From the IMG/VR virus record IMGVR_UViG_3300011439_000009, positions 1-39,499 of that record: a stretch of DNA of 39,499 nucleotides. One strand, written 5' to 3'. Every line of letters starts with the position of its first letter. Within the stretch, counting starts at the first letter, position 1. This DNA is from a virus (taxonomy: Duplodnaviria; Caudoviricetes). The translations under genes were made by a program, and so were the position numbers. The notes under the pieces were generated by a model, which saw only the letters and a program-made list of their open reading frames with translations, was not told where the DNA came from and did not search any database. Positions 18,369-26,168 of this stretch are shown here, in pieces.

Positions 18369-18659
18369 TCACATCCCCTTGGATTGCCGCTCCTGCCGCT
18401 CCTGCACCGGCTCGACCCTGAACCGCGCCTTCATATTCGGTGCCTTCTTCACGATCTGCTCCAGCACCAGCCGCTCATCCGCGCCCCTCGCGCTGTCGGT
18501 GTCGATCAGCGTCGGCTTGTCCTTATCAAGCCGGACGTGACCCCAGTAGTTGAACGACGGCCCCGGTGCCGGTCGCTTCGTCTCGTTGCCCTGAGGATCG
18601 TACATAACCTCAAAGTGCTGATCGTCCTCGCCAAGCCACGTCACCATCATCTTCGCCAT
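18369..18659 (-). CDS. Hypothetical protein downstream of the capsid gene
   Basis: ORF with GAGGG RBS, in operon context. Confidence 0.7.
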   Translation of the reverse strand: MAKMMVTWLGEDDQHFEVMYDPQGNETKRPAPGPSFNYWGHVRLDKDKPTLIDTDSARGADERLVLEQIVKKAPNMKARFRVEPVQERQERQSKGM

Positions 18660-18677
18660 AGCGTTTCCCTCGTTTTG

Positions 18678-18708
18678 AAAAACCCCCTCCCGGCGAACCG
18701 GGAGAGGG
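18678..18708 (-). terminator. Rho-independent terminator after the major capsid gene
   Basis: Minus strand CCCTCTCCCGG-TTCG-CCGGGAGGGGG-TTTTT. Confidence 0.85.
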
Positions 18709-18731
18709 CAGTTGGCTGTCGGGGTAGCAAG

Positions 18732-19877
18732 TTACGTCGCGGAGGCCGCGTAGAAGCCGGTCACCACGCCCCACTGCTTGAGGGCGGTGCCTGCCTTCGG
18801 GTGCTTCTTGAAGGTCTTGCCGACGCCGTAGCACATCTCGACGCCCGCGCCAGTGTTGAACTGGTAGTCATCTTCCTTGAGGAAGGTCGGCTTCGCCATC
18901 TGGCCCCACGCCATCGAGACGGCGTTCTGTCCGCACAGGAACACCGGGTGGCAAGCCACCGTGCCGGTGTTGGTCAGGATGGTGTTCCACGCGCCGCCGA
19001 CCCGAACCAGATCGTCGATCTCCGGTATCTCGCGGATGATGACGCCGTCGTACATCAGGTCGCCATCTTGGAAGATCGGATTGGTGTCCACGTTGCGCTC
19101 ACGCGCGTCGGCGTTCACCTGTTTCAGATCGACCTTGAGATCGCGGAACGGCAGGCCGCCAGCGAAGCAGACGAAATACTCGCGCCCGTTCTCCAGCATG
19201 TAGGGCCGGATGCGCGGGTTGGCGTGTTTCGCTTGGAACTTGAGCAGCGACACCGCCGCGCCGTTGAACTTGTCGGCGGTGGCGTCGATGGTGTCCAAGG
19301 CGGTGAGGAAGGTGGCGCTGTAGTTTGCGGTGGTGGCACCGAACACCACACGGTCGGCGTTGTCGGCGTTGAACGTGTTGCGCTGACCGGCGGTGGACGA
19401 CTGAAACAAGATGCCGTTGACGCGCTGACCGGCAGCAGACGCAAGACCGGCAGGCGCGGCTTCGCTCGGCAGCGCCATCAACGCGGCGATGATCTCGTTG
19501 CGCTGCAGCTCCTTGCCCCAATCCGACAACGACGGCTTCGCCTCGCCGAAGATGTCGGCGCTGTCGATCTGGTTCTGGTACTTGTTGGTGCGAACGGCGT
19601 TACGCGCAAAATCCACCCAGACGCGATAGCCGTAGTCGTCGAGCGCCTCTTCGGCTCCGGCCAACGTGCCGGTCGAGACGCCTGCGCCGACCAGACGCGC
19701 GAGCAACGGAATGTTGATCTGCTCGCCGCCCTTCTTGGTTTCCATCCGCAAGCGGATGATCGAGTTGGATGCCTCTCCCATGTACGGCGAGAACGCATTC
19801 TCGCGAACGTATTCGCGGTTCACGTCCTTGACGTATTGGATCAGCTTATTGTTAGCCTGAATGGAGGTAACGGCCAT
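18732..19877 (-). CDS. Major capsid protein (N4-gp56/DUF4043 type)
   Basis: GEQINIPL...GTLAGAEEAL...RNAV...NPIFQDG...YDGVIIRE...LCGQNAV...DDY motifs; GGAGG RBS; followed by a terminator. Confidence 0.88.
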   Translation of the reverse strand: MAVTSIQANNKLIQYVKDVNREYVRENAFSPYMGEASNSIIRLRMETKKGGEQINIPLLARLVGAGVSTGTLAGAEEALDDYGYRVWVDFARNAVRTNKYQNQIDSADIFGEAKPSLSDWGKELQRNEIIAALMALPSEAAPAGLASAAGQRVNGILFQSSTAGQRNTFNADNADRVVFGATTANYSATFLTALDTIDATADKFNGAAVSLLKFQAKHANPRIRPYMLENGREYFVCFAGGLPFRDLKVDLKQVNADARERNVDTNPIFQDGDLMYDGVIIREIPEIDDLVRVGGAWNTILTNTGTVACHPVFLCGQNAVSMAWGQMAKPTFLKEDDYQFNTGAGVEMCYGVGKTFKKHPKAGTALKQWGVVTGFYAASAT

Positions 19878-20039
19878 GTCGGCCTCCTGCTGCGATGCCG
19901 ACGCGGATGCGCGGCATCTGTTGATGCGATACGGGCTTCGGTTTCAGACCTCTGTCGCGGGTCCGTCAGCGAGGCCGTCGATGTCGCTCGACGAGCAGGG
20001 CGTGGCCGGGATGTCGCTCCCGGCTGGCGAGTGGCTACT
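19878..20039 (-). promoter_or_regulatory. Structured 5' leader of the capsid gene (three GCGACA-loop hairpins plus an anti-RBS helix)
   Basis: Hairpins at 20005-20024, 19976-19993 and 19947-19963 share one hexaloop; 19967-19977 is complementary to 19880-19892, which covers the RBS. Confidence 0.7.
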
Positions 20040-21005
20040 CTAGCCGCGTCTGCGGCTGGGCGGAAGGCTTTCCTTGAACAGCGTCTCGTCGTCGAGGCCC
20101 ATCGCCACCATCGACGTCTCGGTCGGCGAGCCGGACGGGACGCGCGACAGCGACGGCGGTATCTGCGTGACGTTGTTCTGCCGTGGCGGCGCGGCACCAT
20201 TCGGTTGCGGCGGCGGCTGACCGGCGGCGTAATTCTTTGCCGCCTCCACCGCGCGGGACAGGAATTGCGGATCGGCCAGACGCCGCGCGATCTCCTGCTC
20301 GACGTACTTGTCGGGATCGTCGCCGACCTTCGCCAGCGTCACGGCGCGGCGATACCAATTCACCATCGCCGAGCCGGGATTGGGCGAGTTGACGATCAGC
20401 CGCGCGAAGCCGGGGTCGCCCTGCGCCGCCTGCATGAACGCCTGATAGGCGTGGTCGAACACCTCGCCGTGCTGCAGCCGGTTCAGCTGCAGATTGTTTT
20501 CGAGCTGGATGGTCTTGAGGTCGCTGGTGAACTTGCCCTCCAGCGCGGCGCGGTAGCCCTGCGGGTCGATCAGCGGGTCGGGCAGCTCTGCCGGGGCCTG
20601 CGGCTTCTCGTACTGCTCCATGCGGCGCTGCATGTCGCGCAGCATGAGATCGCGCTCCTGCAGCTGACGCGCCATCGCCTCGCGCTGCTCGCGCTCCTCG
20701 CGCAACCGCCACGACGGTACGTTGGCGTCGTCTTGCGGGGGTTGTGCAGGCGGCGTTGGCGTTCCGGGTGGCGGCTGCGGAGTAGGCTGGCCGGGAGGAG
20801 CTGGCGGTGGTGGTGCCGGTGGTTCGCTGGGCGGCTTCGGGGCCTGATCCTCCGCCCTGCGGAAGCGGCCATGAATGTCGCGGCCCTCGACCTCCGGGTG
20901 AGGCGGCGGCGCGGTGTCCGGCTTCGGCTCCGGCGCGGTGGCGTTGGAGAATAGCTCGCTGTCGCTGACGCCGACGTCCGGCGTCTCGGTTGTTTCAGCC
21001 ATCAA
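20040..21005 (-). CDS. Capsid scaffolding protein
   Basis: Acidic/Pro-rich N-terminus with RDIHGRF; VPSWRLREERE coiled coil; PDPLIDP..Y; PPSLS C-terminus; directly before the capsid gene. Confidence 0.8.
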   Translation of the reverse strand: MMAETTETPDVGVSDSELFSNATAPEPKPDTAPPPHPEVEGRDIHGRFRRAEDQAPKPPSEPPAPPPPAPPGQPTPQPPPGTPTPPAQPPQDDANVPSWRLREEREQREAMARQLQERDLMLRDMQRRMEQYEKPQAPAELPDPLIDPQGYRAALEGKFTSDLKTIQLENNLQLNRLQHGEVFDHAYQAFMQAAQGDPGFARLIVNSPNPGSAMVNWYRRAVTLAKVGDDPDKYVEQEIARRLADPQFLSRAVEAAKNYAAGQPPPQPNGAAPPRQNNVTQIPPSLSRVPSGSPTETSMVAMGLDDETLFKESLPPSRRRG

Positions 21006-21015
21006 TCACCCCTCG

Positions 21016-21243
21016 TTATTTCTGCGTGGTCGCGGCCTTCACCGCCCACATCGCGGCGTTCTCGTAGTGCGTCATCGCCAGCGAGTACAGCCGCCCCTTC
21101 TCAGGGTCGTCGTGCTTGTCGTTCTCGGCGTTGCAGATGTCGATCAGGTCTGCGGTGTACCGCTTCAGCTTGGTGACGAGATCGTCCTTGCTGGGGTTGA
21201 AATCCTCCCTTACGCGCTGCGCTCCGATGCTCCCGGCTGGCAT
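21016..21243 (-). CDS. Acb2/Tad1-like helical-hairpin protein (candidate signalling-nucleotide sponge)
   Basis: FNPS...KLK...ADLID...RLYSLAMTHYENAAMWAVKA resembles the R..slA.T.lE.A.MW..KA pattern of Acb2/Tad1-hairpin proteins; GAGGAG RBS. Confidence 0.6.
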   Translation of the reverse strand: MPAGSIGAQRVREDFNPSKDDLVTKLKRYTADLIDICNAENDKHDDPEKGRLYSLAMTHYENAAMWAVKAATTQK

Positions 21244-21542
21244 GTCGTCTCCTCTTTGGGTTTCTCGTCGTAAGGCTTCGCCTCCGCCGTCGCGTCGTAG
21301 CCGCAGCTCGCGTTGGTGAACTGGTCGGCCATCGTCATCAGCATCTGCGAATGCGTCTGATGTTCCTGATCAGCCGACGCGCCGAGCAGCTTGGCGATGT
21401 GCCGAAAGTTCTTGGCGTCCTGCTCCAGCTTCTCCTTGCGGATCACCAGACCGTGTTCGCCGCCCCAGTTTTTGAAGCTGACGGTCGCGCGGGTTTGCGT
21501 CGGGCCGTCAGCCTCGACCTTGTGCGGATGAAATTCCGTCAT
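21210..21542 (-). CDS. Hypothetical protein
   Basis: MTEFHPHKVEAD...; ATGA overlap with the upstream gene. Confidence 0.6.
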   Translation of the reverse strand: MTEFHPHKVEADGPTQTRATVSFKNWGGEHGLVIRKEKLEQDAKNFRHIAKLLGASADQEHQTHSQMLMTMADQFTNASCGYDATAEAKPYDEKPKEETTCQPGASERSA

Positions 21543-21754
21543 TTCTTTTTCTTCCGCTTCGGCTTGCCGGGTTCGCTCTGGTCGGTTTCGTCCTCGACGA
21601 TGACGCCGGACAGCCAATCCGCCAGCGCGTTCCATTCAGGGTTCTGACCGGCTGCAGCCTTCAGCGCCGCCGCGATCTTGGTCAGCTTGTCGATCTCTTC
21701 CTGATTGAACTCGATGGTGTACTGCGGGGCGGCTTCCGCTTTCGGTTCAGACAC
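21539..21754 (-). CDS. Hypothetical protein with basic C-terminus; first gene of the second late unit
   Basis: GTG start with AAGGAG RBS; ends in PKRKKKK. Confidence 0.65.
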   Translation of the reverse strand: MSEPKAEAAPQYTIEFNQEEIDKLTKIAAALKAAAGQNPEWNALADWLSGVIVEDETDQSEPGKPKRKKKK

Positions 21755-21789
21755 GGCTCGGCTCCTTTGCACGGGTGGGTCTTGCGAAA

Positions 21790-21816
21790 TTTGTAGCACG
21801 TCTCCATCAAATAATC
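21790..21816 (-). promoter_or_regulatory. Putative late promoter (GATTnTTTGAT-N5-CGTGC-TACAAA)
   Basis: Same architecture as the element upstream of terS (33809-33836). Confidence 0.5.
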
Positions 21817-21902
21817 CGCAAGGCACATAAATCGTTGATTTTGTTCAGATTTTGGCTTTCGGATTTGAACGGCATTTTTATCCGACGCGCCGCCGGATAC
21901 GC

Positions 21903-21927
21903 TTGACGGCATCCATTTAATATGGGA
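21903..21927 (+). promoter_or_regulatory. Early promoter/operator motif copy 1 (TTGACGGCATCCATTTAATATGGGA)
   Basis: One of four 25-nt copies, each upstream of and co-oriented with a cluster of non-structural genes. Confidence 0.75.
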
Positions 21928-21975
21928 AAACAATTCCACCGCAGCAGCCGCTGCGGCAAACCAAGGAGAACTAAG

Positions 21976-22848
21976 ATGACCGTCTACACAAACACCGCTC
22001 GCTTCGATGGCACCGCCCGTCCAATGACCGAAGATGAAATCCGCGCAGTAGCACCGTCGGTGTTTGCTGTGACGGCGCATGCTTCGCGCTCGGAACGCTT
22101 CAAGCCGATCCCGACCATCGAGGTCGTGCGCGGTTTGGCGAAGGAAGGCTTCTCGGTGGTTGGTGCCTCGCAGTCCGTCGCCCGCATGGCGGATCGCAAG
22201 CTGTTCACCAAGCATCTGCTCCGCATCCGTCAGCTCGACGAGACGCGCAGCTTCAAGTCCGGCGACGTCGTGCCGGAGATGCTGCTGAAGAACGCCAACG
22301 ACGGCAGCGGCGCATACGATCTGATGGCGGCGCTGTTCCGCATCGCCTGCCTCAACAGCATGGTGTCGCTAGTCTCGCAGCTCTCCAGCTGCAAGGTGCG
22401 CCACACTGGCGACGTCTCCGGCAAGGTGATCGAGGGAACGTTCTCGGTGATCGACGAGAGCCGCAAGGCACTCGCTGCCCCGGAGGCGTGGTCGTCGCTG
22501 CAGCTCGGCGGCGAGGAGCAGATGATCTTCGCCAACGCCGCTCACCAAATCCGCTTCGGTGAGCAGATCGAGGGCGAGGCCCCGGTGTCGGCCATCGAGC
22601 CGGTGCAGCTGCTGCAGCCCAGAAGGTGGGAGGACCGTAGCAACGACCTCTGGACTACGTTTAACAGGGTCCAAGAGAATGCCTTGAAAGGTGGCCTCTC
22701 TGGTCGTCGCACCAACGACAACGGCATCGTCCGTCGCTCAACGACGAGGCCCATCAAGGGCGTGGACAGCAACGTCAATCTCAATAAGGCGTTGTTCGTT
22801 CTTGCCAATGCAATGGCGGAACTTCGCGGGATTAAAATAGCAGCGTAG
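21976..22848 (+). CDS. DUF932 domain-containing protein
   Basis: APSVFA...H.SRSERF..IPT...FTKHLLR...N.NDG...FRIACLN...DLWTTFNRVQEN...N..LNKALF; AAGGAG RBS. Confidence 0.88.
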   Translation: MTVYTNTARFDGTARPMTEDEIRAVAPSVFAVTAHASRSERFKPIPTIEVVRGLAKEGFSVVGASQSVARMADRKLFTKHLLRIRQLDETRSFKSGDVVPEMLLKNANDGSGAYDLMAALFRIACLNSMVSLVSQLSSCKVRHTGDVSGKVIEGTFSVIDESRKALAAPEAWSSLQLGGEEQMIFANAAHQIRFGEQIEGEAPVSAIEPVQLLQPRRWEDRSNDLWTTFNRVQENALKGGLSGRRTNDNGIVRRSTTRPIKGVDSNVNLNKALFVLANAMAELRGIKIAA

Positions 22849-22854
22849 AATAAA

Positions 22855-22887
22855 CGGCGCGGGGTCTGACCACCCCGCGCCGACTTT
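22855..22887 (+). terminator. GC-rich hairpin / probable terminator after DUF932
   Basis: CGGCGCGGGGT-CTGACC-ACCCCGCGCCG followed by ACTTT. Confidence 0.6.
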
Positions 22888-22904
22888 AACTAGGAGAACG
22901 CCAC

Positions 22905-23396
22905 ATGCTTACCGCAGATCGGCTGCGCGAACTACTCGATTACAATCCCGTCACCGGGGTATTTTTATGGAAGATTGACCGGGCCAGCGCCGCTCGCGTC
23001 GGATCGCTGGCTGGATACCGCAGGCGCGACGGCTACACCGGCATGAAGATCGATCAGCGTGAGCTACTCGCCCACCGCGTTGCTTGGTTGCATGTTCACG
23101 GTCGGTGGCCGGTTGACCAGCTTGATCATGTCAACGGCATCAAATCAGACAATCGTCTGACCAATCTGCGCGAGGCGTCTCGCGCTGAAAACAAATGCAA
23201 TACCAAGCGCCCCGCAACCAATACGTCAGGGTTTAAAGGCGTTACTTGGCACACCCACACCAAACGATGGGCGGCTCGACTGACGGTAAATCGTAGGAGG
23301 GTCCACCTCGGATACTTTTCCACAGCGGAGGAAGCGCATACCGCCTACTGCAGCGCAGCCGCCCAACAATATGGCCGGTTCTTCAACCCCGGCTAA
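22905..23396 (+). CDS. HNH homing endonuclease with AP2-like domain
   Basis: AHRVAW...DHVNGIKSDNRLTNLREA...NTSGFKGV...HLGYF...EEA..AY; AGGAG RBS. Confidence 0.92.
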   Translation: MLTADRLRELLDYNPVTGVFLWKIDRASAARVGSLAGYRRRDGYTGMKIDQRELLAHRVAWLHVHGRWPVDQLDHVNGIKSDNRLTNLREASRAENKCNTKRPATNTSGFKGVTWHTHTKRWAARLTVNRRRVHLGYFSTAEEAHTAYCSAAAQQYGRFFNPG

Positions 23397-23399
23397 ACC

Positions 23400-23945
23400 T
23401 TTGTATCGTCTACCGATACCAAAATTGTGCGTGGCCGGACAATTCGCGCTGCCCGGCCACGACTTAGCTGAAGCCGCCCAAGGGGTGATTAGAGCCGCCT
23501 AGCCACCCGGCAAACCCACAACCATCTAGTATGGTTCCCGCTTGCCAGAGCTGGGCAACGAGGCGTAGGCTCAAATGCAAGGGGCTGATCGGTTTGCGCC
23601 AATCAGCCCCTCTAATCCGTTACCATCGTGCGGCGAAGGTAAGGACGTCGGGCCAAAACTAGCAATCCCGGCCCCAGACATCAACCCCAGCCAGCCACGA
23701 ACGGTCGCGGTCGATAACGGCCAAGCTGTTGGACGTCTGCTCGGTGGCTCCCGGTCCATAGAAGCTGGTCGAGATCGCGCTGCCCTGAGCCGTGGGGAAC
23801 GCCGGGTATTGGCCCGGCCCGTTGGCCACTTTCGGACGGCTGATCCAGCGAGGACGAGCGAGTACTCCGGCAGGAGAAAATTCCTGCTCCCAATCGGGAT
23901 GCGATGCCTCTCTGGTGGGGTATCGCTGGAGGAAAGTGGCGGGGG
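23400..23945 (-). ncRNA. Candidate large structured non-coding RNA (~545 nt), family unassigned
   Basis: Longest gap lacking a credible gene; more than 10 helices including nested long-range stems; G-U wobbles favour the minus strand. Confidence 0.6.
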
Positions 23946-23972
23946 TGTATTCTGTGCGCCCATATTAAATGG

Positions 23973-23997
23973 TTGACGGCTTCCATTGGATATGGGA
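23973..23997 (+). promoter_or_regulatory. Early promoter/operator motif copy 2 (TTGACGGCTTCCATTGGATATGGGA), with an extra CCAT-N5-ATGG box at 23960-23972
   Basis: Near-identical to 21903-21927; precedes the small-gene cluster starting at 24038. Confidence 0.75.
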
Positions 23998-24037
23998 GAA
24001 CCCGGCATCGATCCCGTCAACACAAAGGGCCAAGGCC

Positions 24038-24265
24038 ATGACCGTCCGAGTTCAAATTCCCGTCTACACCGACCGCTGGATGCGGGGTGATCGTTACGGC
24101 GTGTTGGTCAAGACGACCAATGGCAAGCGCAACGTCACCACACTTGGCGTTCGCGGCTGCGGCGACGGTAAATACAACGCCAAGGTTAAGATCGCGCACG
24201 TCAAGCTGGATAAGTCCGGCAAGACCATCAAGGTGCTGCTCGACGACTGCGAGTGGTTGCCGTGA
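24038..24265 (+). CDS. Hypothetical early protein
   Basis: MTVRVQIPVYTDRWMRGDRYG...; first ORF after the promoter motif. Confidence 0.7.
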   Translation: MTVRVQIPVYTDRWMRGDRYGVLVKTTNGKRNVTTLGVRGCGDGKYNAKVKIAHVKLDKSGKTIKVLLDDCEWLP

Positions 24266-24471
24266 TGTGTGAAGCAATCCTCATTGCGGCATGGATCGCC
24301 CTCCTGATCGTTTTCGGGTTTCTGGAATTATGTGAATGGCTGAAGCAGCAGGAGATGCTCCGCGCTGCCCGCGTAAAGCCGGTCAGGAGCCGTAACCAGA
24401 AGCTGTTCAGCTACGTCGTGTGTCCGATCTGGTCGCTGGCTGTGATCGTCGGCGTCATGGTGCTGCGATGA
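24265..24471 (+). CDS. Small two-TM membrane protein
   Basis: Two hydrophobic segments; TGATG coupling. Confidence 0.6.
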   Translation: MCEAILIAAWIALLIVFGFLELCEWLKQQEMLRAARVKPVRSRNQKLFSYVVCPIWSLAVIVGVMVLR

Positions 24472-24707
24472 CCAACGAGTTCTCAGTCTGGTGGTGGGAT
24501 CGCGACGGCGGCCAACATGAGGAGCTGCGCTTCGTCGAGGTCGAGCGGGCCTTCAACGCCTGCCGACGCCTCATCCACGGGCCTGCGTCCGTATTCGGGT
24601 TCGTGGATCGCGTCATCATCACTGATGGCGGTGATTGCACTTGCTTTGAGTGGAAGAAGGATTTGGGCGTGACATGGCCGACGCCGCAGAAGGAGCATCA
24701 GCAGTGA
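24468..24707 (+). CDS. Hypothetical protein
   Basis: MTNEFSVWWWDRDG...RVIITDGGDCTCFEW; ATGA overlap. Confidence 0.7.
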   Translation: MTNEFSVWWWDRDGGQHEELRFVEVERAFNACRRLIHGPASVFGFVDRVIITDGGDCTCFEWKKDLGVTWPTPQKEHQQ

Positions 24708-24916
24708 AAACCATCCTCGTCATCGACACGCTGAAGGCTGCGGCGCGTGAGGATCAGAAGCGCCAGCCATCGTTCACCGCCACTGGCGCGGCCCAGCTCG
24801 GGCCGGTCGCCTGCAGCTTCTACCCACGCTGCAACCGGCACACGTTCTGGCTCAGGGGCAGCGTGATCTCGTTGCGCGATCTGCGGACATGGTTGAGACA
24901 GGACGGCTGGCGATGA
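24704..24916 (+). CDS. Hypothetical protein
   Basis: GTGA overlap; AAGGAG RBS. Confidence 0.6.
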   Translation: MKTILVIDTLKAAAREDQKRQPSFTATGAAQLGPVACSFYPRCNRHTFWLRGSVISLRDLRTWLRQDGWR

Positions 24917-25092
24917 ACATCCGCCCAATGGACAAGGTGCCGTGGCTCGCCGTGCTGGAGATCGCCGCTGATGCGATCTATTTCCGCGATGGCGGCATGT
25001 GTGCGAACGAGGACGGCTGGCGCGACGACGAGCTGCGCGAGGCGTGGATCGCGATCCGCAAGGAAATCAGCAGGCTGGAGAGCGAGACGTGA
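24913..25092 (+). CDS. Hypothetical protein
   Basis: ATGA overlap within the coupled small-gene chain. Confidence 0.6.
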   Translation: MNIRPMDKVPWLAVLEIAADAIYFRDGGMCANEDGWRDDELREAWIAIRKEISRLESET

Positions 25093-25223
25093 TCAAGCAG
25101 ATCATGCTGACCCATCGCGGTTGGTGGTTCCTCTATTTCAGCGATGCTGGCACCGTATGCTGGCGAGGCCCGTACCGCCGCAGATGGCAGGCCGTGATCA
25201 TGGGGTGGCTGTGCAGGCGATGA
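25089..25223 (+). CDS. Small Trp-rich hypothetical protein
   Basis: GTGA/ATGA overlaps at both ends. Confidence 0.5.
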   Translation: MIKQIMLTHRGWWFLYFSDAGTVCWRGPYRRRWQAVIMGWLCRR

Positions 25224-25441
25224 GGGGAAAATTTACATACCGGCTATTCCACGGGGCCAACAAACTTGGCGATCTGATCTGGGAAGGGTCGCGGCTGGCG
25301 TGGCGGTGTCCAGAAGGCACCCTGATGCGGAAATTCCATCGCGGCGTCGGCGTCAACAAGGCGGTGCAATTCATATCCGATTTCTACGCTACGCTTGGAC
25401 ACCAAGACACCGTCTCCGCGTTCAGGGAGCGCAGACGATGA
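25220..25441 (+). CDS. Hypothetical protein
   Basis: MRGKFTYRLF...; ATGA overlaps. Confidence 0.55.
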   Translation: MRGKFTYRLFHGANKLGDLIWEGSRLAWRCPEGTLMRKFHRGVGVNKAVQFISDFYATLGHQDTVSAFRERRR

Positions 25442-25611
25442 TTGAGAACTGCCGAGTGGACGACTGCCAGAAGCGCCTGCTGCTGGCCGAGATCGAGCGG
25501 CTGCTGAATGCCATCAAACGGATCGATGGCATCAACGACAACCCGGCAGATTTCAACGTCGCGATCAACGCTGTCTGCGACACGATCTTGAGGCCGGGGT
25601 TGGCGCGATAG
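25438..25611 (+). CDS. Hypothetical protein
   Basis: GGGAG RBS; ATGA overlap. Confidence 0.55.
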   Translation: MIENCRVDDCQKRLLLAEIERLLNAIKRIDGINDNPADFNVAINAVCDTILRPGLAR

Positions 25612-25631
25612 CATCACAGAAGGGGCTGCAC

Positions 25632-25796
25632 ATGACACTCGACGACATTAAGGCCCTCCGGTTGATGGCAGAGGACATTCTAAAGACGGACGGCGACCGG
25701 GATCACATGAACCCCAGCCGTCTCACTGTGAAGCAAACCGTGGCCGTAGCTAAAGCGCTTCGGCTATGTGCCGACGAACTTGAGCGCAGCCGCTAA
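25632..25796 (+). CDS. Hypothetical protein (54 aa)
   Basis: MTLDDIKALRLMAED...; AAGGGG RBS; below the ORF-track cutoff. Confidence 0.55.
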   Translation: MTLDDIKALRLMAEDILKTDGDRDHMNPSRLTVKQTVAVAKALRLCADELERSR

Positions 25797-25889
25797 CAGC
25801 GCAGACGTGCGCGCCGGAGCCGCCCGGTACATAGGGGAACGAGGTCTAGTGAATGCCCAAACGATCCCGACGCGCCGCAGGAGATTAGC

Positions 25890-26168
25890 ATGGGTGACGA
25901 GAACGCAAAGCGATTAGGTGACTACGCCAACCGGCTGCTGGACGAAATGCCACGCGCGTACCCGGAGGTGCATGTGCGGTTGATCGACGCGCTGCGCGAG
26001 TACATCCGCTCTTGCGAGACTGATGGCGAGGACATGCTGAGTGATGGCAGCATCACCAAAGAGAGATACCGGGCCGGGATGGAGGCCCTGCTAAAATATC
26101 GCCAAATTCTTGGTGAGCTGGAAAAATTCAACGTCGATCCGACGCTGCATGGGGCGCTGAAGCGATGA
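25890..26168 (+). CDS. Hypothetical protein
   Basis: AGGAG RBS; 92-aa ORF. Confidence 0.65.
   Translation: MGDENAKRLGDYANRLLDEMPRAYPEVHVRLIDALREYIRSCETDGEDMLSDGSITKERYRAGMEALLKYRQILGELEKFNVDPTLHGALKR

Noticed and set aside
19947-20024. Repeated TGTCGC units as a mini-CRISPR array
   Set aside because: Only a 6-10 nt core is shared, the flanks are stem arms rather than spacers, and there are no cas genes.
18384-20954. Long plus-strand ORFs (856 aa here; also 11804..13882, 29883..31391, 8709..9686, 27314..28294)
   Set aside because: They are antisense shadows of well-supported minus-strand genes, as expected in high-GC DNA with biased codon usage.
23926-23940. GAGGAAAGT resembling the RNase P RNA core; also considered tmRNA and group I/II introns
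   Set aside because: It continues GG rather than CC, lies on the opposite strand to the predicted RNA, and has no matching 3' RNase P motif. I found no tmRNA acceptor ends, no group II domain V and no interrupted host gene.
22905-23945. HNH plus structured RNA as an OMEGA/HEARO-like RNA-guided system
   Set aside because: The HNH is a short HNH-AP2 homing type with no RuvC or PLMP motifs, and it is convergent with the predicted RNA strand rather than co-transcribed.
23571-24023. ORFs 23575..23976(+), 23571..24023(-) and 23681..23986(-) as genes
   Set aside because: No clear RBS, no protein-like motifs, and they run through a promoter motif. Dense RNA-like pairing explains the region better.
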